Shown: in pieces, positions 1-14,505 of the stretch
Layout of the letters: every line of letters begins with the position of its first letter
How positions within the stretch are numbered: position 1 is the first letter of the stretch
Source of the DNA: Octopus sinensis
Taxonomy: Eukaryota
Direction of reading: 5' to 3'
Assembly: GCF_006345805.1 (NCBI RefSeq)
Contig: NC_042997.1
Span: 155,434,001-155,498,000 of the forward strand
DNA: 64,000 bases
The notes under the pieces: generated by a model
Seen by the model: only the letters and a program-made list of their open reading frames with translations
Databases searched by the model: none
What the model was told of the DNA's origin: nothing
Translations under genes and position numbers: made by a program

Positions 1-1252
1 ATAAATAATGCGTTTTTTTTTTTTTAATTGCATGAACTAAAAGTCAGGGGTGGGGATAAACTACCCGCATCAACTTGCTATAGAAGCAGGCAGTTACTTT
101 GTCCTTATTCTTGGTGCAAATTTTGAAGAGTGCAGTTCGATTTTAACAGTTATTTTTTCAAAGCTATAATGGAAGTGACAAAGAGCATATTCGGCGTTTT
201 GTTTTATGAGTTCAATAAAGGCAACAGCACAACGGGAAGTGCGAGGAATATTAACGCTGTGTATGGGGATCGGACAATAAGCGTAAACCAGTGTCAAAGG
301 TGGTTCCAGAAATTCCGAGCCGGAAACAACAGCCTAGAAAACGAGCCACGTCCTGAAAGATCTGTAGAGCTCGGCGAGCTCCTGCAAACCCTGCTGGAAC
401 AAAATCCCATCGAAACTGTTGATGAACTAGCAGAGAAGCTTGTATTTGGTCATTCAACTATTCATCGACACCTGCGTGCCATTCGAAAAATCAGCAAATT
501 GGATCAATGGATTCCTTAAACTTGCCGAATCTATTCGCACGGAGAGAGTGAATGTGTGCTCTTCTTTGCTCTCTTACGTCTCGCGAATGAACCTTTTTTT
601 GAACCGAATAGTGACTGGTGATGAGAAATGGGTCTCTATAAAATGTCAAGTGCCGAAGACAATGGGTAGGGAAAGGAGAAACACCGGCACCCTAGGCTAA
701 AGAAGGCCTTCACCCACGTAAGGTGTTGTTATCTGTTTGGTAGAATATGAAAGGTTTAATCCACTTTGAAATTTTAAACCCAAACCAAACGATAACACGG
801 GAGATCTACTGCGAGTAGCTTGAGCGGCTTAAGTCTGCGCTAGAAGAAAAACAACCAACTTTACTTTCAAGACGAAAGGTGTTCTATCAGGACAACGCAC
901 GGCCACATACAGCGAGGATGACATTCCAAAGGCTGGAGCAGTTTGATGGAAAACGATGCCCCACCCACCATAATCGCCGGACATTGACCCATCTGATTAC
1001 TATTTATTCCGCAATCTTCAAAATCATTTGGGCGGAAAAAATATGAATTTTGTAAACGAGGTCAGAATAGTTCTAGAGGAGTGTTTTTCGTTACGGACAA
1101 GCGAATTTTGGAAGAGGGGCCTTGCAAGTCTACCAGATAGATGAAAGGGCATTGAAGAAAATGGAAGGAGAGTATATTTTAGATTAAAAAAAAAAAGAAC
1201 TTTGTTTATTTTAATTTTGAAAAATAAAAGAAGTATATGGGATGACCCAATA
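1..1252 (+). mobile_element. Tc1/mariner DNA transposon with a disrupted DD34D transposase; left TIR cut by the window edge
   Basis: ORF 130-519 gives an HTH region ending WIP. Later frames give RIVTGDEKW, QDNARPH and SPDIDPSDYYLF with stops and frameshifts. The right end reads TATGGGATGACCCAA followed by TA. Confidence 0.93.
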
Positions 1253-1529
1253 TTGTAATGGAATTTTCTACAATATACTTTTCAGATGGTGTAGATTGGA
1301 ATTGGTCCGGAAAACTTTTTTCCGAGGGTGGAGAGAGCAGTTTCGGTAAATTCACACGAGTCAGCTTTGTTTTCTCATAACTTTCAGAAAAAGGGTTTTT
1401 TAGTGAAATTTTCTACAAATATTTTTCAGCTGGTGTACATTACGATTATATTTAATATATACTTTATATATGTGTGTGTGTGTGTGTCTTCGTGGCCTCG
1501 CATACATGCATCCATATTGATACACATCA

Positions 1530-1693
1530 CATATTTACATCGATGGTACCCAACCCTTTTATTTAAATAAGTTTTCCAACGGACCCCTTTTAATATGCTT
1601 ATCCGTATATGAAATTTTGAATTTAGTTCACGGACCCCAGTACTACCTTCGCGGGCCACCAGAGGTCTGCAGACCCCAGGTTGGGAACCATTG
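1530..1693. mobile_element. hAT-like MITE end fragment
   Basis: Terminal motif GACCCCAGGTTGGGAACCATTG resembles Charlie-type non-autonomous ends. Confidence 0.4.
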
Positions 1694-1859
1694 ATCTACA
1701 TAATGAAATTTAAAATTTTGAAAAAAATTGTGATGTGTTAGTTGAAGGGTGAACCAAACATCTGTACTACTTACTGTAGTGTATGCCTGTAAGACATGAG
1801 CAGTTTATGAACACCACGTCAAAAACCGAAACTGCTTTCACATGAACTGTTGGAGAAAG

Positions 1860-2155
1860 CTGCTGAAAAGCACCTGGCATAACAAGGTCGCTTGCGCGAA
1901 TGCCCGACACGTCTCCCCAAGAGGCTGTTTAATAGTGAACTGGCAGGAACCAAGCGCACGCAAGGTGGACAGAAAAAGCATGTCAAGGACACACTCAAAA
2001 CCTCACTAAAATGCTTTGAGATTAACCCCGGCACCTGGGAATTATAAACCCAAGACCACCCTGCCCAGTGAAGCCGCATCAGCAGAGGTGCCGCCTCCTA
2101 CGAACAGAACAGGACTGGAGGGACACAAAGAAAACGCAAACTGCGCAAGTCCAGA
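1860..2155 (+). mobile_element. RTE-clade LINE 3' fragment
   Basis: Translates to RMPDTRLPKRLFNSELAGTKRTQGGQKKHVKDTLKTSLKCFEINP, the typical RTE ORF C-terminus. Confidence 0.85.
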
Positions 2156-2964
2156 GACACTGTTTATCTTCTTCCTGTAGACCACCTGTGTCAATTAGGA
2201 CTTCAAGAATACAATGTTGAGTGAACGCCAGAAAGAAAAAGATGAAGACAGATATGCGGAGAGAAAGAGAGAGGGGAAGGAGAGCAATGAGCAAATATGA
2301 AAAAGTCAAATGAAAAAAAATGAGCCAGTCTTATATGTAATTTTAAAACTATACAGTTAATGTGTGTAAATTTATCTCCGATTGTTTACAAAGCGTTAAC
2401 AACTATTCAAACTCAAGAACTAGCATATCTGAAACCTACTGGAGGCTTTCAAATTAAAAGGAATGCATATATACTGTGCAGTAATGAATCGCAGAGTATT
2501 TGCACACCTATACATGGAATGTTAGTAACTATAGACGAATTTGAAAAATGTCTGCCACATACATACAAATATATAATGCATGAGGAAATTTGGGTTTGAG
2601 AAGATAAAACGAAATGTGTTTAAAACTATTGTATTGCCTAAATGTCTCTTAACTTTGTTGCAACTATTTAGCATTGAAAATAAATAGTAAAATAAAAAGA
2701 ACTAAATGTAAATGAGGATTTGTATAATAAAAATTACTATACTCCATGATTTAATTGTTTGCATTCCATACTCCCTTGTTATTTGTAGAATATGTAGACC
2801 AGCCCCAGTTTCAAATTCTAAATCGAGATGTCAAAGAAATTTATGAATTTAAATCAATTTTTGAAGAATTGGTGTTACAACATGATTGCCGAAGAATTCT
2901 GCATCTTTTATACATTTTGCACTGTAGTACATGATATTTACGTAGTTAATATTACATGATACCA

Positions 2965-3170
2965 AGCTGGCGAGTTGGCAGCATTATTGGCACCCGGGCA
3001 AATTGCCTAACGATTTTTGGTTCGTTTTCACGAATGCTGCTGAGGTCGACTTTGCATTTTTGCATTTCTTCCTTTCAACGTTGATAAAATAAGTACCAGT
3101 TGAGCAACGACATCGATTTAACCCCTCCCTCGAAAATTGCTGGTTTTGTGCCAACATTTGAAACTAATAT
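2965..3170 (+). mobile_element. tRNA-derived SINE, family B, decayed
   Basis: GGCGAGTTGGCAG head, GAGGTCGACTTTGC core and TTGTGCCAACATTTGAAAC tail shared with other copies in the window. Confidence 0.7.
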
Positions 3171-3850
3171 TACGTGATTGTAACTTAACTTTTGAAATTA
3201 AATTTACCACATTAAAACGTCAAGGATGGAATGTCTGATCATAGGCTCGCTCAGCTGAGGCTGAGCTGGGGCTAAACAACAATAACAGCTATAGATTTTG
3301 GAGAGGCATGGGGTAAGACGTGAAGTCGTTGTATTAGACACTCAGTACTAAACAAGACAGGTTATCGACCCAAGAGGATTTGGAGTCGAAAAGCAACGAG
3401 ACGAAACTAAATACTGCTTGTCTATCTCTCTCATTAACGAAAGGTATTATATTGAGATTTACAAGTGGTTAGTTATGTTATGTTAGTTCAACTTGGTGGG
3501 GTTATTTTGGGGGTTTTTTTTCTTCTTTTTACTTGTACTCGACAACCATTTCTTGACTGACTTTCTGTCTATTTTTGTTAGAAAACAACGCCTCCGCTTC
3601 CACCAAATAAAAACCATACGTTGCTGAAAATACCAACGTAATGCAAAATCAAGTTTACTATTGATTTTCCTGTTATAAATTGAGGTGCAGTACGATGGAT
3701 TTTTTCCGGAGGGAAAAATAAAGAAAAAACTCTGACGAACAGCAACACGACCGCTTGTATGCATGAAAATAACTTCTAAATGCACACTGTACAACCACAA
3801 AAGATACTGACTACAGCGTGAGTACTATAGCGAAGCTAGAGTGTGTTGCC

Positions 3851-4518
3851 CGGGGCACGAAATTTTTTTTCTTCCACGGAGTTCTGGACCCCAGTTATAA
3901 ACTCATTTGCATACAGCCAATCAGAGCTCAACTATCAAACTAGTGTCTATCTAGTCACGAAAATACTCTGGTTGAGTTCAGTGGAAAATGTGCGTTATAG
4001 CAAACGGTTTAATAGGGGTGACAAATGTGAAATTTAGTATATAAAGTGAATGGAAAGCTGCTCACCTATGATGCCATAAGTGTTGCCAATTTGTGTAATT
4101 TACTAGAAAATGTAAATGAGTGTAGTTTCCTAACTTTTTGACTGATTTTGTACATTCCTAATTTAAAATGTTGGTGTTGATCTGGAAACATCGTAATCAA
4201 TATGACGTTGTGTCATTTTGCGTCCTCTTTGTATGTATCAATGGGTAGATGCAGTATCACTAATCTCAGTCTGAGCATAGGTACCTAATGTTAGCTCCAT
4301 ATAGAGATGGTGCTCAACTGATCTATGAGGATGGTGTGGGAGATGTGGTGCTTATGTGAGACCTGCTATGCTGTACTCACAGTGTGACATACACCATTCT
4401 ATGCCCGACTGGCTGTACACAGTATGTGGATTTTCAAGGTGAGCTCCGATTGGTTGTATGCAAATGAGTTCGTTACTGGAATCCAGAACCCTCGCGAGAA
4501 AAAAGTTTCGCGTCCCGG
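3851..4518. mobile_element. Non-autonomous TIR element with TIRs of about 78 bp
   Basis: 3851-3929 is an imperfect reverse complement of 4441-4518. Confidence 0.75.
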
Positions 4519-5807
4519 ACCCCAGTAATGAACTCATTTGCATACAGCCAACCAGAACAGAGCAACTTTTATCCTTTCTAGTCAGCACCGTACATTCCTT
4601 ATTCTTTCCCTCTACTGGCAGACGGCAACCTTTTTGTCACTATTGAAAAAAATTTCACTATCACTGCAAGTACTACTGTGTCTCTAACTACCTGTCAGGC
4701 AAACGAATAAATATATGTAAATAATATTTCTTCTTTCTTGGCATTGATCCTTCGATTGTTCACTGGTTACTCAGACGTTGGCACAATAATACATTTGCCC
4801 AAACTGAATTACTGGAATTATTTCATTTTTCTCAGAAAAGTGTTTTTAAAAAGTTATAAAGATTTAAAGCTTGATCATTTTCCAGACAGGAAACAGGATT
4901 TTGAAGCTGTCATTTTGTGCGAGACAAAATAGCACATGTCAATATTTGTGAATAACACGTGTTATGGCTCCAGTAATTTTCTTTCATGTAAATAAATGTT
5001 TATGTTAATTTAAAAGAGAAAAACGTGAATGTGTCTGTGGCTTACGATTGACTAAAATTACCAAAATGTTCAAACTTTAATTACTAATAGCTCTTTATTT
5101 ATTGATTTATAGCGAAAATTACATTCACTTCATTAATTAGCCTATAAAAGCGTATCATTACACTGAATGTGACATCAATTTGAACAGAAAATTGACACTG
5201 GCAACCAAACAGAAAAGATTTTTAAAAATAGTCACGAAAATGGGAGTACTAAAAAATTTTGCTGAGTACTATTATATTATTAGTAGTAAATTATAGATCT
5301 ATTTATTATAACTAGCTGGACATGTGAAAAATTCACAGAAAATATTTAAAAAATGTAAGCATTTTTAGGATGTTGACAACAAAATGCAGTCACGCACAAA
5401 ATCACAGCTTCTAAATCCTGTTTCCTGACTGGGTGAAAAAGATCAAACTATAAAGCTCTATAACTTTTTAAAGACATTTTTCTGGAAAAAATGAAGTAAC
5501 TCCAACAATTCAGTTTGGGCAAGTGTATTATTGTGCCACCGTGGGAGTAACCAGTGAACATCGAAGGATCAACGCCAAGAAGGAAGAAATATTATTTACA
5601 TAACTTTATTTGTTTGCCTGACAGGTAGAGAGACAGTAGCAAGACGGAGAAGTTGTTGTCTGCCAGTAGAGAGGGAAAGAATAAGGAATGCATGGTGCTG
5701 ACTGGAAAGGAAGAAAGGATAAAAGGTGGCTCTGCTCTGATTGGCTGTATGCAAATGAGTTCATTACTGGGGTCCGGAACACTCGTGGAAAAAAATTTTG
5801 TGCTCAG
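4515..5807. mobile_element. Foldback-type non-autonomous element with inverted arms of about 400 bp, same TIR family as 3851-4518
   Basis: About 4515-4925 is an imperfect reverse complement of about 5385-5778. Confidence 0.8.
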
Positions 5808-6224
5808 TCCGGCCCTTCCGTTTGCTGCCCCCTGACCCCTCAGAAAGATCACTTCGCAATCACATTGTTCGGTGTGTGGAAACTACATTTATTTTTCAGG
5901 CCAAGATTGGCTGACCAGGTGGGAAAACTTTCTTTGTCCTGTCAAAAGTGATGGATGAATTTCCACTTGACCTCCGACCTGGCTGTGTCACAGAAAGTTC
6001 AGATGGACAGCCAGTGACCTAAATAGGTAGGTACAAGCCACTTTTATAATGGTATATCCATCCTTCTAGCTAGAATGGGCCATTATAAATATGAGTTCCA
6101 TAGGAGACACGGATAGTCAGCACTGATTTAGATGGTGAGCACTGTGAGCAGAGCAACATGCAAGAGTTAGCAGTTGCACATCACAGAACAGACAAGATAG
6201 TCTTGTCTTGTCTTGAGACAGCAT

Positions 6225-6436
6225 TCACCCGGGGTGTGTTGAGCTGGCTTCATTCATCCTCAATGCTGCATCTCTCACAAATTCTGACCAGACCTGGCGA
6301 TTTGAGGCTAACGACCGCGTGATCTCCAACCACTCCTTATTCCAGTGGTGAACACCGTAGATAGGGTTCCAGATCAGCCTTGACTGTCATCAGCCAGGTT
6401 TTTCGCTGTCCACCACATTGCTTTCGCCAACCCTGA
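6225..6436 (-). mobile_element. RTE-like LINE 3' fragment
   Basis: Minus strand reads GWRKQCGGQRKTWLMTVKADLEP. Confidence 0.65.
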
Positions 6437-6734
6437 AGATAGAGAAACAACACAACAGAGGCTAATGATGAATGCACACAGAGACACAAAATATGTCTTT
6501 GTACTATCTCGTCCCATCAACATTCTCTTTCCTCCATTTTTACTTTGCCAACTCAAAGTAGTTGGCTACATTATGTAGCAGCATATTTGTTTCAAATATC
6601 CAACAAAAGTGAATATACAGTGACCAAATAAATAATGTAAACTACATTCCTATTCTTACTTCATTGTTTTCCATCGATGCCGGTCCAACACACCTAGCAT
6701 TGTCTGCTACACCTGACAACTTCAATTTCATTCA

Positions 6735-6905
6735 TTGTTCGACCGTGGTCGAGACAATGGAATTTACTATGTTACGCCAGATTTCACGGCCCATCATAGC
6801 ATTATGGAGGTCCTGTTGCTGGATGCCTGTGTCCCTGGAGATTACATCAGGGTAGGAGAGTGTGCACCCACTGGTATTGCGAGCAGATGGGTTCCAAATG
6901 AGTAG
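6735..6905 (-). mobile_element. LINE 3' fragment (RTE-like)
   Basis: Minus strand reads TLSYPDVISRDTGIQQQDLHNAMMGREIWRNIV followed by a short TGAA tail. Confidence 0.65.
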
Positions 6906-8920
6906 AAATTAACTGACAACTTACATTGATCCCTCAACGTCATATACCGCTACAGGTGTTCAATATCTCTACAGAATACTGAAGGCAAATGCCTTTGAAT
7001 AAATCTAAGCAGGCGAAAGTGCATGGAAACTTGCCAGATAGACTATAGTTGTTTCTAGTTAGTAGATTTGTTCCATCACCTGATTTAACACAATCATTTG
7101 GCCCTTGAGTGTAAGCATTCTGATCAAGACTAGTTTCAGGATAACTTGATAATTTGAAATGTTGCTTTTGGCTGCAGTAACTCACTGTCATGGCTTTCTA
7201 TCTTCTACCTAACTAAGCAGAAGAAGGAAACTTCTCAAGAGTAAGATATTGCAAAAAAAAAAAAAAAAAAGAATACATGAGAAATGTATCAGTATTTTAT
7301 AAATAGATAATGAGTGTAATACAACCTCATATATGAAAACTGAAGCAAACATTTGTTGGAATAACCAAGATGGTATAAACGAAAGTAAAATGATAGAGGC
7401 AAGGAAACTACTTGATGGTCCAAGCTGGCAATTAGTAAGTACAAAATGTGCACAATATGGTATATGTTAAGCTGAATATTAAATGCAGAAAACATAAAAA
7501 AAATCTTATCAGAAATACTAATGCTGTGAAGAGAAGAAAACATGCACTCAACATTATATGTTGCTTTGAAGAGGAGGAGCAATCTGATTTTGGTGTAGGG
7601 TTCTTCCTTGAAGATAATACAAACACTGATTGAATGCCACCACTTCTTTTATCAAGGAATAAACAATAACAAATCTAAGCATCTGTTGTAGTTAACATAC
7701 AAAGAAATAAACTTAATCAGATAACATATGTCATACTGTACTGATAAAACCTGTGTTAGTTTATTTGTCAAATTCTGAAGTTTAAAAGATAAAAGCATTT
7801 GTTAAAGGAAATATATTGCAAACTACTTTAACATATTGTGTTATGAAAATCCAACAAATAGTTCTCTTTGCAATTAACTGGTTTCTGGTACAGTTCCACT
7901 GGGTTCCTGTTTTGTCTCAAGTCAGCCCTGATAACAAAACACCTATGAGCAAGACATTCCAGCCAGAATTATTACATCATATTTTCAAACTGTGTATTAA
8001 GGATTACATTATTCAAGGTGTCCTTTTCCTTAACCAACAAGCTTAGATATGATGAAGACTTGCCTACAATTTGTAGCAGGAAAAGCAACCATGTAGAGCA
8101 GGCACATGCTATCTAGGCAGTTGGTGATGTTTATGTTGTAAAACATGTAAAAAAAAAATAAAATAAGCGAAACACAGGCGTGCAACTGAGCTGGACATAA
8201 AATTACTTTTGCCTTTATAGCATGTAAAGAAAACATAAGCATGTACACAGCACATGTACTACAGCAGTACTATACATAGTTTTAATACTGAAATTGAAAG
8301 GTGAGGCAAATTATGTTTCCCTAATCCACAAAAACGTTTGCATAGTAATCAGAGCAACCTTCATAATTTTATTGAATTAGGCGCATATTTTGCCATAAAA
8401 GGAAAATGTTACTATCAATCTATTTCATTCAGGGTAAGCACTGCCTACCTTGCCTACTCAGGCAGCACATCCCTGATGTAGAAGCACTTTGTTGGCTAGT
8501 AATGCACTAAGGTAGGGTTAGATAGAAATGTAATAATTACACTGTTGTAGCAACATAGCAGTAGTAGAAAAGACAAAGGATAGACACAGCTTATTTGAGA
8601 TAAGTGGTTGAATAATACACAATATCATTTTATATGAAAAGAGATGTAACAAACATGTATGGTGCATTTCTATAACTTTTAAAATAACTAAACTACTTAT
8701 TCTGTCAATAATTATATTTAGAAACAACTATATCATACAAAAATGCTGAGATATTAAAAATCTTGCCTATCTCTCAATATCAATGATAGCAGCACTTGTA
8801 ATAAACAACAGTTGTTTCAATTATTTATATCAGTGTTCCTATAAATTATGCATTCTTCAGTCACTTGCCCATTAGTAAGTTAGGGTTATGGCTAGAACAC
8901 TTGATCATGGATCTGCTTAA

Positions 8921-9141
8921 CCCTTTCGTTACTGTATTTCTTTTGAGATGTTCTGTGTTTCTTTCAATTACTTTAAACATAACAAAGAATTTAGTAAATA
9001 ACTTAGTTATCATCAAAGCTAATGTTAGGAACATAAATTGTGACTAAGGTTTGGTGGAAGATTTTAATTCAGAACTTTTGGAAACAAGACATTTGTACTA
9101 CAGACCCAGAGCCAGTTTCAGCCTGGTTGGTAACGAAAGGG
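8921..9141. mobile_element. piggyBac-type MITE
   Basis: TTAA|CCCTTTCGTTAC ... GTAACGAAAGGG|TTAA: perfect 12-bp TIR with a TTAA target. An inverted second copy lies at about 11263-11490. Confidence 0.85.
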
Positions 9142-10714
9142 TTAACCTAAGTAACATTTAATTTTCCTAAACACTCACCATCCAATCTTATTACTTGTAT
9201 TTTATTCCTCTTCTTTGTATCTAACTTAAGTCACAGCTGGCTTTATGCTAAGTGTTGAGAGGCTAAAAAGTACAGATGGGACAAGACAACTGTACCTGTC
9301 CCTCTGTCCTACTTCAGCCTCTCAATACCAGGCATAAACCCCTTACTACAAATCCACCCAGTTAAAAGGGTTTTTTTTTCTTCGTTTTATGAGCTACTTT
9401 GCAATTTTACTAGTGTCAGTGTCATGAAAAAAAATGCACCCGATACATTCTGTAAAGTAGTTGGCATTAGGAAGAGCATCCAGCCTTAGAAACTATGCCA
9501 AAGTAGACATTGGAGCTTGGCACAGTCTTCTGGCTTGTTGGATCCTGTCAAACAATCCAACTCATGCTAGCATGGAAGATATATGTTAAAATATGATGAT
9601 GTGTTTCAGTTACTGGACTGCAGCTATGCTGGGCCGCTATCTTCAGGAGTGTTAATCATATGAACTGAAATATATATTTCAGTCTAGTATTTATTTCATC
9701 AATCTCTAAAATTGAATCATTATGTTCTTGACATAACTTGGCTCACAGGTTTACACTTTTAAACATAAATACACACACACACATAAACACACATGTATAT
9801 GCATTTCGGAATACAAAGAGAAGTATTCAATATACATAGAATATATTTATTTACAGCTGTGACTTCACTTCATCATACTCTGAGTGTCTATCTATGCATT
9901 TACTACAGATGACAAAAGGGAGTGGACCATCAGTTTCAAGTATATATTAGTATAAAGCTTAGTCCTGAGTAACACTGGACAAAGTTTAAAAACAATATAT
10001 TGGTTTTTGTTTCCATCAGGCTATATATATCAACTAAAATTAATAAATATGACAATTATTTTTTTGATGTGTTTATTCAATATTCTCCTCATGTACTAGA
10101 AACAGGGTGTGGTTTAGTATAATAAAGAATGGAGCTATTTTTATAAGTGGCTTTCATCTAAAATCCACAGAGAAATACAAAATTAGCCTATCTTTTAACT
10201 TTTATTTGTTCCAGTCATTGGACTGTGGCCATGCTGGGATACTGCCTCAAGGGCTTCAGTCAAACAAATCAACCCCAGTACTTACCTAATTAGTTTCTTT
10301 TGCCTAACAGCTAAGTTACAGAGATATAAACAAACCAACACCAGTTAGGAGTGGGGACACACACACCACATATGACTGGCTTTCATACAGTTTCCATCAA
10401 CCAAATTCACTCATGATGTATTGCTCAGCCCAGGGGTGTAGTAGAAGACACTTGCTAAGGTTCCATGGCTATATTGATACAGAATTTGTTTATAATTTAG
10501 GCAGAAGGTCAACAATTTTCATGGCAGGGAGTTAGTTGATTACTTCAAGTTCAGTACTTGACCAGTGCTTTTATTTTACTGACCCATGGGTGATAAAAGG
10601 CAAAGTTGATTTCAGCAGGACTTGAATTCAGAATGTAAAGAGTTATAACAAACACCGCAAAGCATCTTTTTTCCAAAGTTCTAATGACTGCCAATACCCC
10701 ACCCTCATATCATT

Positions 10715-11075
10715 TATCCTTTGCTTATTTCACTCATTGGACTGCGGTCATGCTAGGGCACTGCCTTGAAGGGTTGAACCAAACAAACTTCCCCCAGTAC
10801 TTATTTATTTCAAGTCCGATACTTATTTCTATTGGTCTCTGCCTCTTCTGCTAAACCCATAAATTACAGAGATATAAACAAAATAGCACTACTTGTCAAG
10901 CAGTGGAGCAGGGACAGACAACACACACACAGTTTCCATGCATCAAATTCACTAACAAGGTACAGGTTGTCCCAAGGTTATTGTAGAAGACACTTGTCCA
11001 AGGTGGTACACAGTGGGACTGAACCCGAAACCACATGGTCACAGAGCAAACTTCTAAACAGCATAGCCATACCTC
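10715..11075 (-). mobile_element. tRNA-derived SINE, family A, decayed
   Basis: Matches the copy at 22542-22935 in reverse (GTGGGACTGAACCC; GGACTGCGGTCATGCT). Confidence 0.75.
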
Positions 11076-11262
11076 ACCTATATATTAAATATAAGTCAAA
11101 TATATAAATATAATGCTTATAAAACAGCTATTTTTAACCATAGATTTCATGCTCCATTGAAGTAGACTGGAAAATATTTCTCCATAAATCTTTATGAAAA
11201 CCATTCACAAAAATAGTTTTCTTCCTTCCCATGTTATAGCAAATCATATGAGTAAAAACTGA

Positions 11263-11490
11263 TTAACTCTTTTGTTACCAACCCAGCTGAAACCATCTCT
11301 GGCTCTGAGTACAAATGTCTTGTTTTCATAAGTTTTGAATTAAAAACATTCCACCAAACCTTAGTCTTAATTTATGTTCCTAACACTAGCTTAATGGTAA
11401 CTAAGTTATTTTACTAAATTCTTTATTATATTTAAAGTAATTGAAAGAAACACAGAGCATCTCAAAATAAATACAGTAATGAAAGGGGTA
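11263..11490. mobile_element. piggyBac-type MITE, inverted copy of 8921-9141
   Basis: TTAACTCTTTTGTTAC ... GTAATGAAAGGGGTAA with the internal sequence reverse-complementary to the first copy. Confidence 0.75.
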
Positions 11491-13726
11491 AATACAACAA
11501 AATATAATTGTTAGTTATTAGCAATTTAGGAAACAAAAACTATTTAGATTTTTTTTTCTCATATCATCCAATGTTATCCAGACCAAACAATAAGTTAATA
11601 AGAGATGTCTACGTTATTACTCAACATTCTAAAAATAGCAGCGAAATTTCATCATACTACCTTAAAAAAAGGGACACATCAAATGTGGTACAAAAGCTGA
11701 TACTACAGGATAATGCACCCTTAAAAAATTTCGTGTTCCCCCAAATTTACCTGATTCACCCTTTCCCCTTTATGGCTTTTTTTTTTACTATGTTCACTTC
11801 TCTGTCATTTTATATTTTATCCAGTGTGTTATGCATGCACTTTTAGATTTCATTGCTGTCTTTCTTTGTCTTACTGCTGGCTTCTATCCCTTCTTTTACT
11901 TTCTTCCAGCAAGTCGTAGTGCATCTGAACGCTAAGTTCAGTTCTGCTCAAATTATAGCTGGCCTAGAGCAAAACAACAACAACAATTTACTAATAAGGA
12001 AATTGTATGAAATTAACTCCTTTCCCCACAAAGGCCACAAGGGATAAAAAAAAAATGTAACCAATCATGTAATGTTTCTTTTAACAGAAGAAAAAACAAA
12101 TACATAATTACTAATGATACAGTTACCAACATTACATTTGCTAATGTCAACTTTATTAACAGGCGCAGAAATGCTTAATTACAATTTCTGGGTGTTTTCT
12201 AAAGACTAAATGTTACTAAATAATTTCTTCTAATTGATTTCAGCCATCAGCTTTGGATAATGAAAAGCTACTACACACACAGTCTAGAATTCTGTTTGCC
12301 ATCTGTGTTCATTCACTGAGAGAATTGCTGTGAAAAGTCAATAAATACTAGTTATCTTAGATGACTGACTAACTAAAAGACTAATTAAACACCAATGTCA
12401 ATGATGCTTCTTACAAATGTAAAAAAGACAAATTCCAATAAAAGCTGTGGAATTTAAAATTTTTACATAACATTTTTAAAACTATAGTTGTTTGTGTTTT
12501 TATTTTTTAAGTTTAAATTATTCAATTAGAAGAAAAGGTTTTCTTTCATTTTCTGACCCATGGAAACAGCATAATTTCTCTATGAATACGAAAGTATTCA
12601 AATTTCTTTAGGAATGTTGGAGTATTAAAACTGTGTTTAGTTTCTCAGCTAAACTTTCTACCTGTCTCAAGCAGGAAACAAAGGATTATATTGTTGTTTG
12701 AAATTACTTGTTTTAATTAAGATGCCTTTCTGAATGTATTGTAAGATTTGCAGAAAGTTCCAGTCAACCAATAGCAAAAACGAAAGAATTTGTCTATAAT
12801 ACTATGTGTACACTTAGCAATGCAAAAATGGGAACATTTAGACTATTTGTGTCTTAGTTTCGTCAGAGACCAATTGAATAGATAGGTATGTTGAAGTGAA
12901 GACATATTCTGAAAATTGTTACTTGAGAGGAAGAAGAACCTAAGATGATCTTCACAAACCACAGCAAAAACAATTCATCAAGGAGGAAAGAAGATTTCTT
13001 AGTTCTGGCTGACCTTCCATTACTGTGTACACGCACCCAGTGCACACTGTAATGTGGTTATGTGACAGGAAGAAAACCTAACCATAATAACAATGCCAAA
13101 ATCACAACATATGCAACAACGAAGACTGATGCTTCGTTCTGCTGTTAGGTGTATCAAAAGATTTTAATCAGTGACAAGACATTGTTATCTTAATGCTAGC
13201 ATGAAATAAAAACCCAGACATATGATGATGATGATGATTAGACTGAAAAACTTATCCTGGATGAAATTTCTTCATTGTATACTATACAAACCTTTAGGCG
13301 TCACACAAGCATTAAAAAGCATAGAGTTGTTGATTGGGTAGAATTGCCTCATAATGGTCCAAGAATATTCCAGCTATTTTACTACCCAGTATAACTTTTT
13401 CCATTCAAAGGCATAGGTTGTGTCTCTCACTGAGCACCAACTACAATCATGTCATCAGTCTCCAGACTGCAGAAGTCAGTGTCACTATTCTCATTCATTT
13501 TTTTATATACCTCTAAAGTGGCTAAAATGGCCATGGGAGGACAGTGCAAAAGTAGATTTAACAAAACACTTACTAGGAAATAAGTGTTGGTCTTATTTTG
13601 ATGCACTAAATCTGGATAATATTTTTCTTTCCTTCTGTAACATAACCTATCTTCGATTAAGGGTCATTGTAAATGAAACACCATAAAAGAATAATTGTAA
13701 ATAAGAAAATATCTATAGTTATATAT

Positions 13727-14505
13727 ACGTGGTCTGATTAATAAGTATCTGGACTGTTACCATAGTAATGAAGCTAAAGCACGCAGAGTAAAGAGATGCT
13801 TGGCACATATTGACCTTGAACTCTGTTGTGCATGTGCACTAAGTTTTAATGTTCTAACTCATTTCTGCTGTTTACAGCAGTGTTTGGAAGGAATGTGTCA
13901 AGCATGTGAGTGTCGCATTGACTATGACAGATAAAGTTGAGCAGAGAATCTGCATCAAATTTTACCAAATGCTTGGTGATACCTGCTCAGAGGTTGACAC
14001 AAAGTTTTCAAAAAGTCTTCACTGTTCTCAACACAATCAAGGAGATCTCGTGTAAACTGAAACCGGAGTGTCTTTTTGGTCAGCTGAAAGTAGTTTTGGC
14101 ACAAACTTGGCAGACACGTGTCTCATACCCACATCTTCAGTGATAATGCTTTTCTCAATTCTGGTGGTCGTGAGTTTCCTAGAACGTTTGTCACTATCGA
14201 CATTTTTTCAGCCATCTTGGAAGCATCTGAACTGCTCATACACTCCTCTACACTTTCTGCAAGTTTGCATAGGCCTCTGAGCAGGTATCGCCATGATAAC
14301 TTTCTGTCATGGTCAATGCAATGATCATGCACTACACATGTTCCTTCCAAGCTCTGCTGTAAACAGCAGAAGTGAGCTAGAATGTTAAAATTTAGTGCAT
14401 ATGTACAGCAGAATCCAAGGTCAGTCTGTGCAAAGCAACTTCACTCTGCATGCTTTAGCTTCCTTATAATGGCAACAGTCCGGATACTTATTCATCAGAC
14501 CTTGT
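13727..14505. mobile_element. Mariner-derived non-autonomous element with long inverted arms
   Basis: GGTCTGATTAATAAGTATCTGGACTGTT at the left end matches AACAGTCCGGATACTTATTCATCAGACC at the right end. The internal part reads EQRICIKF, a mariner N-terminus. A truncated copy lies at about 25789-25910. Confidence 0.8.
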
